Assembly: GCA_965216875.1 (NCBI GenBank)
Contig: OZ244207.1
Span: forward strand, 64,001 to 128,000
DNA: 64,000 nucleotides
From: Rubripirellula sp.
GTDB lineage: Bacteria; Planctomycetota; Planctomycetia; Pirellulales; Pirellulaceae
Direction: 5' to 3'
Shown one piece after another: positions 20,131 to 30,970 of this stretch (position 1 is its first letter; each line of letters begins with the position of its first letter). The position numbers and the translations under genes are program-made. Under the pieces are notes generated by a model. The model worked only from the letters and a program-made list of their open reading frames with translations, was not told the origin of the DNA and did not search any database.

Positions 20131-21456
20131 CTAGAGCTCGACTTCCCAACCCTTGCGGTACGTTTCGCGAATCAGGTTTTGAGCGTTTTTGTTGTTGCCG
20201 GTCGAAAGGTCTTTCGAGTTCCAATCAAACCCACCGGCTCGATAGGCAACGTTGCCCAGCAACACGGTTTCGGCAAGCGGCCCTGAGTAATCAAAGTTGC
20301 AGGTTGCCGGCTGGCCGCCCTTGCAAGCCGCGATCCATTCTTTGTGGAATCCGGGCGAGTCGGGGATGAAGGGATCGGGTGTCTTGAAATCGACGAACTG
20401 ATCTTCGGGCAAGAGTTGCTTACGATCAAATCCGCAAAGCAACATGCCTTTGTCGCCAACAAACAACGTGTTGTTTCCTTTCGCGGAAAGCCCGTGCTTT
20501 TTCAAAATGGGCGGAGTGCCGTGCGACCAATGCAGGTCGATCGGCTTGCTTCCGCCCGAGGCTGGGAATCGATAGGTCACCTGCATCGACCTGGGTGTGC
20601 GCTCGGCATCGACATCCGGTCCCGTCGCATCAACGCGGTTGGGATAACGCAAGCCGAGGGCCCAAAACGGAATGTCCAAAATGTGACAGCCCCAGTTGCC
20701 TGTTTCACCAGTTCCGAAATCCCACCAGAAACGCCAACCGTAGGGACAAAAACTGTTGTGATAGGGACGGAACTTGGCGGGGCCAAGCCAGGTGTCATAG
20801 TCCAGTGTCGGTGGAACCGGTGGCGTGTCTTTGGGGACAGCCGGCATCCCTCGGTTACCGCCAACCCAGCAGTGGACCTCGTGAACTTGGCCGATCGAGC
20901 CCGATTGAATGAGTTCGACGACACGGTGCATGTTCAACATCGCGTGACGCTGGGCGCCAAGTTGGGTGGCGAGATTGTTCTTGCGCGCCAGGTCGGTCAA
21001 GACGCGCGTTTCCCAAACATTGTGGGCAAGCGGTTTTTCAAGGTACACATGCAATCCAAGCTGCATGGCTGCCAGTGCAGGATGGAAGTGAGTGTGATCG
21101 GGCGTGCTGATGACGATCGCATCGATGCTGTTTCCGACGGCATCGAGCATCTTGCGATAGTCTTTGAACCGCTTGGTCGACGCATGGTCTTTGTACGCCT
21201 TGCTCGCGCGACTGTCATCGACATCCGCAAAGGCAACCAAGTTCTGAGACTTCACTCCGCCGACATTGGCGGATCCGCGGCCACCGACACCCACACAGGC
21301 AATGTTGAGTTTCTCGTTGGGGCTTTCATCACCGAATAACGGTCGAGCGACCGCACCGTGACACATGGCCGCCGAGATGGATGCGGTTTTGATCGCAGTC
21401 CGCCGAGAGATGCGGGGCGAATCCTTGACGGGTGACGACTGAGGCGATGCATTCAT
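20131..21456 (-). CDS. Tat-exported Gfo/Idh/MocA oxidoreductase
   Basis: SRRTAIK Tat motif; VGVGGRG, STPDHTH, EKPLAH, NWGCHILD. Confidence 0.93.
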   Translation of the reverse strand: MNASPQSSPVKDSPRISRRTAIKTASISAAMCHGAVARPLFGDESPNEKLNIACVGVGGRGSANVGGVKSQNLVAFADVDDSRASKAYKDHASTKRFKDYRKMLDAVGNSIDAIVISTPDHTHFHPALAAMQLGLHVYLEKPLAHNVWETRVLTDLARKNNLATQLGAQRHAMLNMHRVVELIQSGSIGQVHEVHCWVGGNRGMPAVPKDTPPVPPTLDYDTWLGPAKFRPYHNSFCPYGWRFWWDFGTGETGNWGCHILDIPFWALGLRYPNRVDATGPDVDAERTPRSMQVTYRFPASGGSKPIDLHWSHGTPPILKKHGLSAKGNNTLFVGDKGMLLCGFDRKQLLPEDQFVDFKTPDPFIPDSPGFHKEWIAACKGGQPATCNFDYSGPLAETVLLGNVAYRAGGFDWNSKDLSTGNNKNAQNLIRETYRKGWEVEL

Positions 21457-21555
21457 GACGTGGTGGCTCGACAGTGGAAGGATTGGAGGGGGCGTTTCAT
21501 GACAAAGGAAAGCAGTCGGACAGTAGGCAGTTTACCAGCCCCCGAGGTGCCCCGC

Positions 21556-21631
21556 CCTCGTTACCCCGCTCCGCGTGGTATCGCACTTCCGGACGCTCCG
21601 CGTCCTCTTCGTAGGTCATGCTTCGCATGAC
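21556..21631 (-). repeat. Composite REP element (modules B-C), reverse orientation
   Basis: Reverse complement reads gtcatgcgaagcatgacctacgaagaggacgcggagcgtcc..gataccacgcggagcggggtaacgag. Confidence 0.88.
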
Positions 21632-21669
21632 GAGCGTTTTTATTGCGTGTATACGTGCGAGAGGCCCGA

Positions 21670-21729
21670 CTGCCGGATCTGCGTCGCTGTCGCTCCTTGA
21701 TCCGGCCTACTAACTTGATCCGGCCTACG
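21670..21729. repeat. GTAGGCCGGATCAAG-type REP with duplicated end
   Basis: tgccggatctgcgtcgctgtcgctccttgatccggcctac followed by a second cttgatccggcctac. Confidence 0.7.
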
Positions 21730-21740
21730 GGCGCCGGGGC

Positions 21741-22589
21741 TCAAGCATCTGGGATCCAGAGGGAACCGCTCGCGCTGTTGGCGGCTGATTGCATTGCAGT
21801 CCTTCGGGCTTTGATTCGAACGTAAGGGGCAAGGTACCGCGCGCGATAGCCAAACGAGCCGGGCACGCTATCGGCTTTGGCATGCAGTGGTTCGGTCAGG
21901 TCTTCGATCGCGAACCCTGCACGACACATGCCACCAATGATTTCTTCCCAACGATGAACAAACTCGAGCGCGCCCTTTTCGCGCAGTCGTCGCCCGGTAT
22001 TTGAAACGTCTTGTCCGCCTGCGGGGTTGGCTTGCGGGATGGGTTGGTCGCGATAGTAGGTTTGCTCGAGATGGAATCCGCCTTGTGGGAGTGGGTCGAC
22101 CGAAGCCTGCAAGCTTGCGGGTTGTTTGTGTTGGCTGATGTAGAGCCCGCCGCCGCGTAACACGCGCGCGACTTCACGAAACACGGCCAAGATGTCGGGC
22201 ACATAGCAAGTGCTGACGGGGTGGACGACGATGTCAAATTCGCCCGGTTGCAACGTGGACAGGTTATCCATGGAGGCTTCATAAATGCGCAATGAGTAGC
22301 CACGTTGGGCGGCAGTTTGGCGATCAAGTTCGAGCATCGCACCGGAGATGTCGACGACCGTCACCACCGCGCCGGCTGCTGCATAGAGCGAGCTTTGACG
22401 GCCTCCGCCCGCCGCCAAGCACAGGACGTTTTTTCCAGCGATTGATTCGCCGAGCCAGCCAGCAGCGTCGACGGTTCGCAGCGGATTGGCCAATTCTTCG
22501 TCTTTTGCTGGCCGACAAAGGGGATCACCCGCAGCCGCCATCGCGTCATAAACACGGCGATTGGTTCGCAAGATTTCGTCGTGTTCCAT
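21741..22589 (-). CDS. Class I SAM-dependent methyltransferase
   Basis: VLCLAAGGGRQ, VVDIS, FDIVVHPVSTCY, RVLRGGG. Confidence 0.92.
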   Translation of the reverse strand: MEHDEILRTNRRVYDAMAAAGDPLCRPAKDEELANPLRTVDAAGWLGESIAGKNVLCLAAGGGRQSSLYAAAGAVVTVVDISGAMLELDRQTAAQRGYSLRIYEASMDNLSTLQPGEFDIVVHPVSTCYVPDILAVFREVARVLRGGGLYISQHKQPASLQASVDPLPQGGFHLEQTYYRDQPIPQANPAGGQDVSNTGRRLREKGALEFVHRWEEIIGGMCRAGFAIEDLTEPLHAKADSVPGSFGYRARYLAPYVRIKARRTAMQSAANSASGSLWIPDA

Positions 22590-22728
22590 GGCGATTTGGG
22601 GGTGAATTTTGCAGGGATGAAGTTCGAGATCGGCGGGTGATTGTGCCGAAAAACGAGGGAAATGGCCATTTTTCTGAGTTCGACGGTCCGATCAACACCT
22701 CGTTGCCGGGTCAATCTGAAAATCTTTG

Positions 22729-22758
22729 GGAACTTTGCTCCGAACCCCTGCATCTCAA
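22729..22758 (+). promoter_or_regulatory. Possible ECF sigma-type promoter upstream of anti-sigma gene
   Basis: GGAACTT-N17-TCTCAA about 100 bp upstream of ATG 22857. Confidence 0.35.
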
Positions 22759-22856
22759 CCTAGCCACGAAACAGGAGGTTTCTGGGGTATCATGCGACCC
22801 GCCTGCGGCGTCGCGCAACATCGGCCGGCTCGTCCGGCAACAACGGTATACGAACA

Positions 22857-24128
22857 ATGGCACTTCCACGAGAGATTCTTGATCAACTGCTCAGCGGGTA
22901 TCTGGACGATGCCCTCAGTGCAGATGAACGTGCGCGAGTTGAACGCATCCTTGAAACCGACGCCGAAGCGGCACGTGAACTTGAAGAGCTTCGCGAGATC
23001 CGAACGTCGCTGAAAGGTTTGGCAAAAGTCGATTCAGGCGTCAAGTTGCCCGAAGGGTTTGCTGACCGCGTTCTTGATGCTGCTGTCGCCACGGCGAAGA
23101 GCGAAGGTCTTGGCGAAGATCATCCGCTCGTCAAACTTGCGGAACAACCAAGCATGGCCACCTCATCGCGTGGGCATGGGACGATTCAGTGGCGTGCTGC
23201 AAGCGTGCTGGTCGCTTTAGCCGCTTCGATTGTCATCGCAGTCTTTGTGATGCTTCCAGATAATCCACCGGTTGTTCCCGGTGGTGGTGAGATCGCAGCC
23301 GTCGATCCTGACCAGGCTCCAGTCGAAGGCACCGATCCAGTCGCCGTCCCAGACGAAACGGCAATCGCTGTCGTTGAACAGCCAAAGATCGATCAAGATA
23401 GCGTTGCACAGAACAACGATCCTGTTGCTGAGAAAGACCCGATCGAAAACGTTGCGATGGTTGATCCGATGCCGACGGTTGGTCCCGAGGTTGATCCGGT
23501 GCCAGCTGTCGATCCAACGCAGACGGTTGATCCGGTTGCTCCCAAAGGAAATGAAAACAACGCCTTGGTCAGCAATGACCCGCGTGCTGCCAAGCAGGTC
23601 CTCGCCGTCTTGGCTCTTGATGTTCGGCGAACCGAAGCTGGCCGAAGCATCGACGCCATTGGCGAAGCGATGAAAGCGGCAAAGCTTGACGCGACGAGCG
23701 AAAAAGATGTCAGCGAGGAAATGGTCAAGATTGCGTTGAAGGCGAGCGATGCCGGCGAAACCGACGGTGTGAAGGTTTTGTTCTTGCAAGCTCCCGCCAA
23801 GCGACTCGACCTGTTCATCAATCGGTTGGTTTCCGACCAGCTCAATATTGAGTCGGCTCAATTCACAATCGTTGACAATGTCAATGTCGTGAACGCAGCA
23901 AACGCGTTCCTGAAGGTGGAGCCAACTCGCATCAAGTCGATCTCTTGGGAGTTGGCCAGCAACGACGGATTCGTCGGAGCGCTGGCTTCAGAAATCGGGC
24001 AGAGCACCTTTGCCCCGATCGACGCAACCTCGGCGGCAGTCGGGCTCTCATCGGCCGCAGCAGCCATGGGCGGCGCGGTCAGCGAAGGTGAAGACGAGCT
24101 GAGCGAGCTGTTTCTTTTGGTTCGCTAG
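22857..24128 (+). CDS. Anti-sigma factor-like membrane protein
   Basis: LLSGYLDDALSADERARVE anti-sigma domain, FADRVL, single TM (VLVALAASIVIAVFV), acidic VDP-repeat extracytoplasmic part. Confidence 0.75.
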   Translation: MALPREILDQLLSGYLDDALSADERARVERILETDAEAARELEELREIRTSLKGLAKVDSGVKLPEGFADRVLDAAVATAKSEGLGEDHPLVKLAEQPSMATSSRGHGTIQWRAASVLVALAASIVIAVFVMLPDNPPVVPGGGEIAAVDPDQAPVEGTDPVAVPDETAIAVVEQPKIDQDSVAQNNDPVAEKDPIENVAMVDPMPTVGPEVDPVPAVDPTQTVDPVAPKGNENNALVSNDPRAAKQVLAVLALDVRRTEAGRSIDAIGEAMKAAKLDATSEKDVSEEMVKIALKASDAGETDGVKVLFLQAPAKRLDLFINRLVSDQLNIESAQFTIVDNVNVVNAANAFLKVEPTRIKSISWELASNDGFVGALASEIGQSTFAPIDATSAAVGLSSAAAAMGGAVSEGEDELSELFLLVR

Positions 24129-24172
24129 CGTTTTTCGGTTCACACGCACTCAAATCTTCGAGTACCGATATC

Positions 24173-24234
24173 GTCGCCCTTTGCTCCGCAAACGTTGCGT
24201 TTGCGGACGCTACTTTCGCGGAGCGAAAGGCGAC
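24173..24234. repeat. Inverted REP doublet (GTCGCCTTTCGCTCCGCGAAAG type)
   Basis: gtcgccctttgctccgcaaacgttgcgt / acgctactttcgcggagcgaaaggcgac. Confidence 0.8.
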
Positions 24235-24343
24235 AATCAAAAACACAGGCCTAGAATCGGCGATAGGGCTGACGGCTGGGACGATTTGGCTTGGCCCGTA
24301 TAATGAGGCTCTCTGCAAATTCAAATGCAACCCCAAGCCCATT

Positions 24344-25555
24344 ATGTCCGTCGAACTCAACACCGTTCCCGAAGCTGTCGAGGCGATTCGCCGCGGTGAA
24401 GTTGTCATCGTGATCGATGCGGAAGATCGCGAAAACGAAGGCGACTTTATCCTCTCTGCCGAAATGGCGACGCCCGAAAAGGTCAACTTCATCCTTTCTG
24501 GTCGCGGTCAACTTTGCGTTTCGATCCTGCCCGAGGCCTGCAAGCGGCTCGACCTTTCGCCCGTCGCTGCCCAGAACGACGCACCCCTGAAGACTGCGTT
24601 CTTGACGCCGATCGATACCAAGACGGCCAAGACGGGGATCACTGCTGCCGAGCGTAGTGAGACGATCCGAATGATGGCGTCACCAGGATGCAAAGCAGAT
24701 GACTTTGTTCGTCCAGGTCACGTCTATCCGCTGTTGGCCAAGCAAGGCGGCGTGCTTCGTCGCGCCGGGCATACCGAAGCCGCCGTTGACTTGCCGAGAA
24801 TGGCGGGACTCAAACCTGCCGGTGCGCTGTGTGAAGTGTTGGATGAAACGGGCGACCGTGCCTCGCGCGACACGCTCGCTAAGATTGCCAAAGAGAACGA
24901 CCTCAAAATCATCAGCATCGAACAGCTGATTGCTCATCGCCGCGTGAGTGAAAAGCTGATCAATCGCGCAGCCGAAGTGCCACTGCCGACGCACTATGGC
25001 GAATTCCGAATCATTGTCTATTCGGTCGACTACGAAGACCAAGAGCCGATCGCATTGGTCTACGGTGATCTTTCCGGGCCCGGCCCAGCGCCGCTTGTGC
25101 GCATGCACAGCAGTTGCTTTACCGGCGACTTGATTTCGTCACTGCGTTGCGATTGTGGCGATCAACTTCACATGGCCTTGGAAATGGTCAGTCACGAAGG
25201 TCGTGGCGCGCTGGTGTACCTGCCGCAAGAAGGTCGCGGCATCGGGCTTGCGCAGAAGATTCGCGCCTACGCGCTCCAGGACAAAGGACTCGACACGGTC
25301 GAGGCGAACCACGCACTCGGGTTCAAAGCCGACATGCGGGACTACGGGATTGGTCTGCAGATCTTGAAAGATCTCGGCTTGAACGAAGTCCGGTTGCTGA
25401 CGAACAACCCCAAGAAGACTGAAGCGTTCAATCTTCGCGGATTCGATCTTCGCGTCGTCGATCAAGTTCCGATCGTGCCGCCGGTCAATAAGCACAATCG
25501 CGGCTATCTGGAAACAAAGCGGGAAAAGATGGGGCATGACTTGCCCGAAATGTAG
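24344..25555 (+). CDS. ribBA: Bifunctional DHBP synthase / GTP cyclohydrolase II
   Basis: DAEDRENEGD, RPGHVYPL, RAGHTEA; RMHSSCFTGD, RCDCG, QEGRGIG, TNNPKK. Confidence 0.97.
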   Translation: MSVELNTVPEAVEAIRRGEVVIVIDAEDRENEGDFILSAEMATPEKVNFILSGRGQLCVSILPEACKRLDLSPVAAQNDAPLKTAFLTPIDTKTAKTGITAAERSETIRMMASPGCKADDFVRPGHVYPLLAKQGGVLRRAGHTEAAVDLPRMAGLKPAGALCEVLDETGDRASRDTLAKIAKENDLKIISIEQLIAHRRVSEKLINRAAEVPLPTHYGEFRIIVYSVDYEDQEPIALVYGDLSGPGPAPLVRMHSSCFTGDLISSLRCDCGDQLHMALEMVSHEGRGALVYLPQEGRGIGLAQKIRAYALQDKGLDTVEANHALGFKADMRDYGIGLQILKDLGLNEVRLLTNNPKKTEAFNLRGFDLRVVDQVPIVPPVNKHNRGYLETKREKMGHDLPEM

Positions 25556-25776
25556 GGCTGCCCGAGATCGATAGGATTTTGCGAGCCACCCGTGCGTGGG
25601 CCAAGCTTTCGCCCGAACTGATAGGCTCAGGCGTCCGCCTGAGGGCACCAACGCCCACCTGATGGCATCAGCGCAAAGCAGGGCGCAAAAACCGGCTACC
25701 TTCCCGATCTCGGCTCCGTCCGATAGGCTTCACGACCTGTCGTGAAGGCCCTTTCCCAACTTGCATTCGTCTCGTT

Positions 25777-26655
25777 ATGCCCGACCCCGTCGAATCGCCG
25801 ACCGAAGGTGCCGGCGTCCTCGCCCTGCGGCGAGTGGCGATCTTGGGCGTTGGTCTGCTTGGCGGGAGCGTGGGACTTGCGTTGCGAAAGGCGTTGCCCG
25901 AAATCGAAGTGGTGGGCACGTCGCGGAACGCATCACGACGCCAACGTGCCATCGACTGCGGTGCCGTCACCGAAGCGACCGACTCGATCGAATCGGCTTG
26001 CCGCGACTGTGATGTGGTGGTTGTCGCGAGCCCGGTTGATCGCATTGCGGCGATGACCATCGATGCGGCCAAGTATTCGCCCGACGAGTGCTTGATCACG
26101 GATGTCGGCAGCACCAAAGCGGGGATCGTGTCGGCCGTTGCGGCGGATGAGCACGCGGCGGGTAAGTTCGTTGCGGCTCACCCGATCGCGGGATCCGAAA
26201 AGACAGGCGTCGAGAATGCGACCGCCGACCTGTTCGAAAACAAATGCGTCATCGTCACTCCGAGCGATAACACGCCGGAAGCAAACACCGTTCGTTGCGT
26301 TCACTTTTGGAAGCTGACCGGGGGACGCACATTGTTGATGTCGCCTGACGAACACGACACCCACTTGGCATCAGTCAGTCACGTGCCACACTTGGTGTCG
26401 TCATTGGTAGCCCGGATGACTTCGGTCGAAACGTTGCCGCTGACGGGAAGCGGGTGGCGTGACATCACCCGCGTTGCGGCTGGTGATCCAACGCTTTGGG
26501 CTGCGATTTGCCAAGAGAACCGCACAGCCATTTCGCAGCAATTGGGGCAACTGGCAACCCGTGTTGCCGAACTACGTGAAATGATTGACGACCAACGCGA
26601 CGACGATCTGCTGCGTTGGTTACAGGAAGCCAAAAACTTGAAAGATCAAGCGTGA
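25777..26655 (+). CDS. tyrA: Prephenate dehydrogenase
   Basis: GVGLLGGS, TDVGSTK, HPIAGSE, EHD..SHVPH, RDITRVA. Confidence 0.93.
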   Translation: MPDPVESPTEGAGVLALRRVAILGVGLLGGSVGLALRKALPEIEVVGTSRNASRRQRAIDCGAVTEATDSIESACRDCDVVVVASPVDRIAAMTIDAAKYSPDECLITDVGSTKAGIVSAVAADEHAAGKFVAAHPIAGSEKTGVENATADLFENKCVIVTPSDNTPEANTVRCVHFWKLTGGRTLLMSPDEHDTHLASVSHVPHLVSSLVARMTSVETLPLTGSGWRDITRVAAGDPTLWAAICQENRTAISQQLGQLATRVAELREMIDDQRDDDLLRWLQEAKNLKDQA

Positions 26656-26709
26656 GGTCGACGGCACTGTCGCCGTCACTTCCGTTCAACTCTTGAAGGA
26701 ACAACAACA

Positions 26710-29652
26710 ATGCCTCTTTGGCAGATCGACATCTACCAAGCCGAAAACCAAATCGACCGCGAAGGCGATCGAACGCGCGAAGAGATCAGCGAACTTGGCC
26801 TTGGCGACAACGTCACCGTCACCTTTGCACGGAGCTTTTTGGTTCAAGGCCAATTCGCTCACGACGAAGCGGTCCGGCTTGCGGACATCTTGCTTGCCGA
26901 TTCGGTCACTGAAACGTCGGTCGTCGCCATCGCTGGCCAAGACGTTCTCAATGAGCCGCCGGGCGATCAAACCACATTGGTCAACGTGTTGCCCAAGCCG
27001 GGCGTGATGGATCCCGTTGCCGCCAGTACGGTCGGCGCGGCTTCCGATGCAGGCTTCGAAGTCGAAGCGGTTCGCACGATGCGAAAGTATTGGCTTGATG
27101 GTGTCGATGGCGACGCGCTCGATGCCGTCTGCCGAAAGGCGCTATCGAACGATGCGATCGAGCAAGTGGTTGTTGGCCCGCTTGAACTGGACCAACTTGA
27201 TGTTGGCTCGGCCTATGAATTTGAATTGGTCACCGTTCCGATTCGTGAACTTGATGATGCAGGTCTCGAAAAGCTCTCAATCGAAGGTCAGCTCTATTTG
27301 ACGCTCGTGGAGATGCAAACGATTCGCGACCACTTCGTTTCGATCGGACGAGATCCGACTGATGTCGAACTCGAATCGGTTGCCCAGACTTGGTCCGAGC
27401 ACTGCAGTCACAAAACGCTCGCCGGACGCATTCACTATCGCGGCCCCGGCGCCGACGGCACGCCCGAAGCGGACGAGCGTCAGTACGACAACATGCTCAA
27501 AGAAACGATCTTTGAAGCCACGCAAACGATTCGCAGAACACTCGGCGACAACGACTGGTGCGTCAGCGTCTTTAAAGACAACGCGGGTGTGGTCACGTTT
27601 GACGATGACTTCCACGCGTGTTTCAAAGTCGAAACTCACAACCACCCGTCGGCGCTGGAACCTTATGGCGGTGCGAACACCGGCATTGGCGGTGTGATCC
27701 GCGACCCCATGGGAACGGGCATGGGCGCCAAGCCCGTTTGCAACACCGACGTCTTCTGCTTTGCACCGCCTGACACGCCAGCCGATTCGCTGCCACCCGG
27801 AGTCCTGCATCCACGCCGCGTGATCAAAGGCGTGGTCTCTGGCGTTCGTGACTATGGCAACCGAATGGGAATCCCAACGGTCAACGGCGCGGTCTATTTT
27901 GACAAACGCTACTTGGGTAACCCGCTCGTTTACTGTGGCAATGTTGGGATGATCCCGGTCGGCATGGAAGACAAAGAGGTCAAGCCTGATGACTTGATCG
28001 TCGCCATTGGTGGTCGCACGGGGCGCGACGGAATTCATGGAGCAACGTTCTCGTCCGCCGAGTTGACCAGCGAATCGGAGTCACTCTCTGGCGGTGCCGT
28101 TCAAATCGGCAACGCGATCACGGAAAAGATGGTCCTCGATGTCTTGCTTCAAGCACGCGACCGCGGGCTTTACAACGCGGTGACCGATTGTGGCGCCGGT
28201 GGCTTCTCAAGTGCCGTCGGCGAGATGGGCGAAGAAGTGGGTGCGGAAGTTTGGCTCGAGAAGGCACCGCTGAAATACGAAGGACTGACCTACACCGAGA
28301 TTTGGATTTCGGAAGCTCAAGAGCGGATGGTCCTTTCCGTTCCGCAAGACTCGTGGGAGGAATTGCGTGACCTCTGCGAAAGCGAAGGGGTCGAGGCGGC
28401 GGTGATCGGTCGTTTCACACCGACCGGTCGACTGCTCTTGACCTATCACGGTGAAACAGTCGGCGACGTGTCGATGAAGTTCCTGCACGACGGGCGTCCG
28501 CCAGTCATTCGTGATGCGGTGTACCATCCGGAACCCACCGAAACGATTGACTTGCCATCGCTGTCGCCACAAGAGCTCGGCGCGACCTTGATCGAAGTGA
28601 TGGGCAGCTTGAATGTTGCCAGCAAGCACTGGGTGATTCGCCAATACGACCACGAAGTGCAAGGCAACAGTGTTGTCAAACCTCTTGTTGGCCCCCAATG
28701 TGACGGCCCAGGTGACGCGGCGGTGATTCGTCCACGGATGGAAACTCGCCAAGGTCTGGTCATCTCCTGTGGCATGAATCCACACTACGGTGACTTCGAC
28801 ACTTACCACATGGCAGCGTCGGCGATCGACGAAGCGATGCGCAACGCGGTCGCTGTCGGCGCGGATCCCGACAAGATTGCCATCCTTGATAACTTCTGTT
28901 GGGGTTACACCGATCGCGCCGAAACGCTTGGTTCATTGGTCCGCGCCGCAATCGCGTGCCAGGACGTCGCCGTTGCACTGGGCACCCCTTTTGTCAGTGG
29001 TAAAGACAGCTTGAACAACGAGTTCAGCTACAACGACGAATCAGGAGAGCGGCAAACGATTGCGATCCCACCAAGCCTGTTGATCAGTGCGATGGGGCAA
29101 ATCGAAGATGTGTCCGACGCCATCACGATGGATGCCAAAGAAGCGGGTAACGCTGTGTATCTGGTTGGGGAGACCAAGAGCGAGTTGGGCGGGTCTCATC
29201 TCGCGTTGGTGAAGGAACTCAGTGGTGGCCAAGTCCCGACGGTCGACACCGATGTTGCCAAGCGTACATTCGGTGCGATCCACCAAGCGATCCGATCCAA
29301 GCTGCTTCGGGGTTGTCATGACCTGAGCGAGGGCGGTCTGGCGGTCGCTGCGACCGAGGTTGCGATGGCTGGCGAATTGGGGATGAAACTCGATCTTTCG
29401 TCACTTTGCGGTAACGGCCTGAGTCCCGTTGAAGCCCTGTTCAGTGAATCGAACACTCGGTTCCTGGTCGAGGTTGAAGAAGAAAAGACGGCTGAATTTG
29501 AGCGATTGCTCGGCGAGCGTGACGTTCCCGTTGCCCGGCTAGGTACAATCGAGCAGGGTGACCAATTGGTCGCCACCGTCGATTCGCAAGTCGTGTTGGA
29601 TGTCAGTGTCAGCGAAGCGAAAGCGGCCTGGCAAAAGCCACTCGACTGGTAG
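26710..29652 (+). CDS. purL: Phosphoribosylformylglycinamidine synthase subunit PurL with N-terminal PurS-like extension
   Basis: [62 protein letters not shown] in N-terminal part. Confidence 0.97.
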   Translation: MPLWQIDIYQAENQIDREGDRTREEISELGLGDNVTVTFARSFLVQGQFAHDEAVRLADILLADSVTETSVVAIAGQDVLNEPPGDQTTLVNVLPKPGVMDPVAASTVGAASDAGFEVEAVRTMRKYWLDGVDGDALDAVCRKALSNDAIEQVVVGPLELDQLDVGSAYEFELVTVPIRELDDAGLEKLSIEGQLYLTLVEMQTIRDHFVSIGRDPTDVELESVAQTWSEHCSHKTLAGRIHYRGPGADGTPEADERQYDNMLKETIFEATQTIRRTLGDNDWCVSVFKDNAGVVTFDDDFHACFKVETHNHPSALEPYGGANTGIGGVIRDPMGTGMGAKPVCNTDVFCFAPPDTPADSLPPGVLHPRRVIKGVVSGVRDYGNRMGIPTVNGAVYFDKRYLGNPLVYCGNVGMIPVGMEDKEVKPDDLIVAIGGRTGRDGIHGATFSSAELTSESESLSGGAVQIGNAITEKMVLDVLLQARDRGLYNAVTDCGAGGFSSAVGEMGEEVGAEVWLEKAPLKYEGLTYTEIWISEAQERMVLSVPQDSWEELRDLCESEGVEAAVIGRFTPTGRLLLTYHGETVGDVSMKFLHDGRPPVIRDAVYHPEPTETIDLPSLSPQELGATLIEVMGSLNVASKHWVIRQYDHEVQGNSVVKPLVGPQCDGPGDAAVIRPRMETRQGLVISCGMNPHYGDFDTYHMAASAIDEAMRNAVAVGADPDKIAILDNFCWGYTDRAETLGSLVRAAIACQDVAVALGTPFVSGKDSLNNEFSYNDESGERQTIAIPPSLLISAMGQIEDVSDAITMDAKEAGNAVYLVGETKSELGGSHLALVKELSGGQVPTVDTDVAKRTFGAIHQAIRSKLLRGCHDLSEGGLAVAATEVAMAGELGMKLDLSSLCGNGLSPVEALFSESNTRFLVEVEEEKTAEFERLLGERDVPVARLGTIEQGDQLVATVDSQVVLDVSVSEAKAAWQKPLDW

Positions 29653-29686
29653 TTCGCCGACTGAATTCCCACCTGTTTTCCCGCCA

Positions 29687-30724
29687 ATGATTTCAGCGAC
29701 TAAAGAATCGACTTGGACCGTCGTCATTTCGAAGGGCCAATCGCGGAATCCCAAAAAACGGGAACTCGAGCAAGCGATCGCTGACGCCGCACAAGAAATG
29801 CCCGGCGTCAACGTGTTGGTGATTCCTCACCTATACGACCTGCCCAAGTCGAGCGATTCGTTCAAGCAGCTTGCGGAAATCGAATGCGACTTGATCGTCG
29901 TTTCGTGGATCTATTCGCGAGCTGCCCACTGGGTGCTCGATCGGAATGGGATTCAAGGCCAGGTGGGTGACGTCGAAATTGGCGATTCCGATGTCGATGA
30001 GGATGAAGACCAAGCGTCGGCTGACTCGTCGGAGGATGCGTCCAGCGATGGCGAAGATGATGTCGATCGCGTTGCCGAACTTTACCCGCGCCCCAACCGC
30101 AATATCCACTGCCTCGATCTCAAAGTCGACGACGGCGCTGATGCTTATGTCGACGAGATTCGGCGGATCGTCGGCGTGCTCCCGGAGCGGGCCCAGCAAA
30201 CGGAGCGGGCCCAGCAAAACGCGCTTCCGATCGTGGGCGGAAAGCTGGTTGAGGTTGAAGAGCAGGCCTCGCGTCGCTGGTACCCGGTGATCGACTTCAG
30301 TCGGTGCACCAATTGTATGGAATGCGTCGATTTTTGCCTGTTCGGTGTCTACGGCGTGGATGGCGTCGAAAATATTCTCGTCGAGCAACCGGACAACTGC
30401 CGAAAGGGCTGCCCCGCCTGTAGCCGCGTTTGTCCCGAGAATGCGATTATCTTCCCGCAGCATAAAGCCCCTGCGATCGCCGGCGCTCAGATCGAAGGCG
30501 AAGAGGGCTTCAAGATCGATCTGTCGCAATTGTTCGGTGCCCCAGCCGGGAGCGATGATCCGATCGCGACGGCTGCGCGCGAACGTGACGAACAACTTCT
30601 TTTAGCGGGTCGCGATGCGGTGGGAATCGACGACCAGCTTCGAAAACGTCAGGCCGATTTAGCCGCGTCGCCCAAGGATAACTTGGACGAACTCATCGAC
30701 TCTTTGGAAGAGTTTGATCTCTAA
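29687..30724 (+). CDS. 4Fe-4S ferredoxin-domain protein
   Basis: RWYPVID..CTNCMECVDFC and CRKGCPACSRVCP dicluster motifs. Confidence 0.85.
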   Translation: MISATKESTWTVVISKGQSRNPKKRELEQAIADAAQEMPGVNVLVIPHLYDLPKSSDSFKQLAEIECDLIVVSWIYSRAAHWVLDRNGIQGQVGDVEIGDSDVDEDEDQASADSSEDASSDGEDDVDRVAELYPRPNRNIHCLDLKVDDGADAYVDEIRRIVGVLPERAQQTERAQQNALPIVGGKLVEVEEQASRRWYPVIDFSRCTNCMECVDFCLFGVYGVDGVENILVEQPDNCRKGCPACSRVCPENAIIFPQHKAPAIAGAQIEGEEGFKIDLSQLFGAPAGSDDPIATAARERDEQLLLAGRDAVGIDDQLRKRQADLAASPKDNLDELIDSLEEFDL

Positions 30725-30766
30725 GTTGCGTCGCGCGTGTTTCACGCGTTCACGTTTGTCGGGCGA

Positions 30767-30970
30767 AAGCGGGGAAGATTCCGGCTGAAGCCGGTACTAC
30801 GAACGGTCGGCTGATCGTAGCTACCTTCGCCAGAAGGTGGTCCGCGTTGGTAAGCCGCTCGCGATCACCCCACGCTCTGGCGAGCGAAGCTACAGCGCCA
30901 CTTAGTGGAAGCGGGGAAGATTCCGGCTGAAGCCGGTACTACGAACGGTCGGCTGCTCGTCGCTACCTTC
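30767..30970. repeat. 62-bp direct repeat overlapping/flanking a GTAG REP doublet
   Basis: 30767-30828 vs 30909-30970 (2 mismatches) with ccggctgaagccgg hairpin; cgtagctaccttcgccagaaggtgg / ccacgctctggcgagcgaagctac at 30816-30893. Confidence 0.88.

Noticed and set aside
24128..24343. FMN riboswitch upstream of ribBA
   Set aside because: No RFN consensus seen; the structure present is a REP doublet
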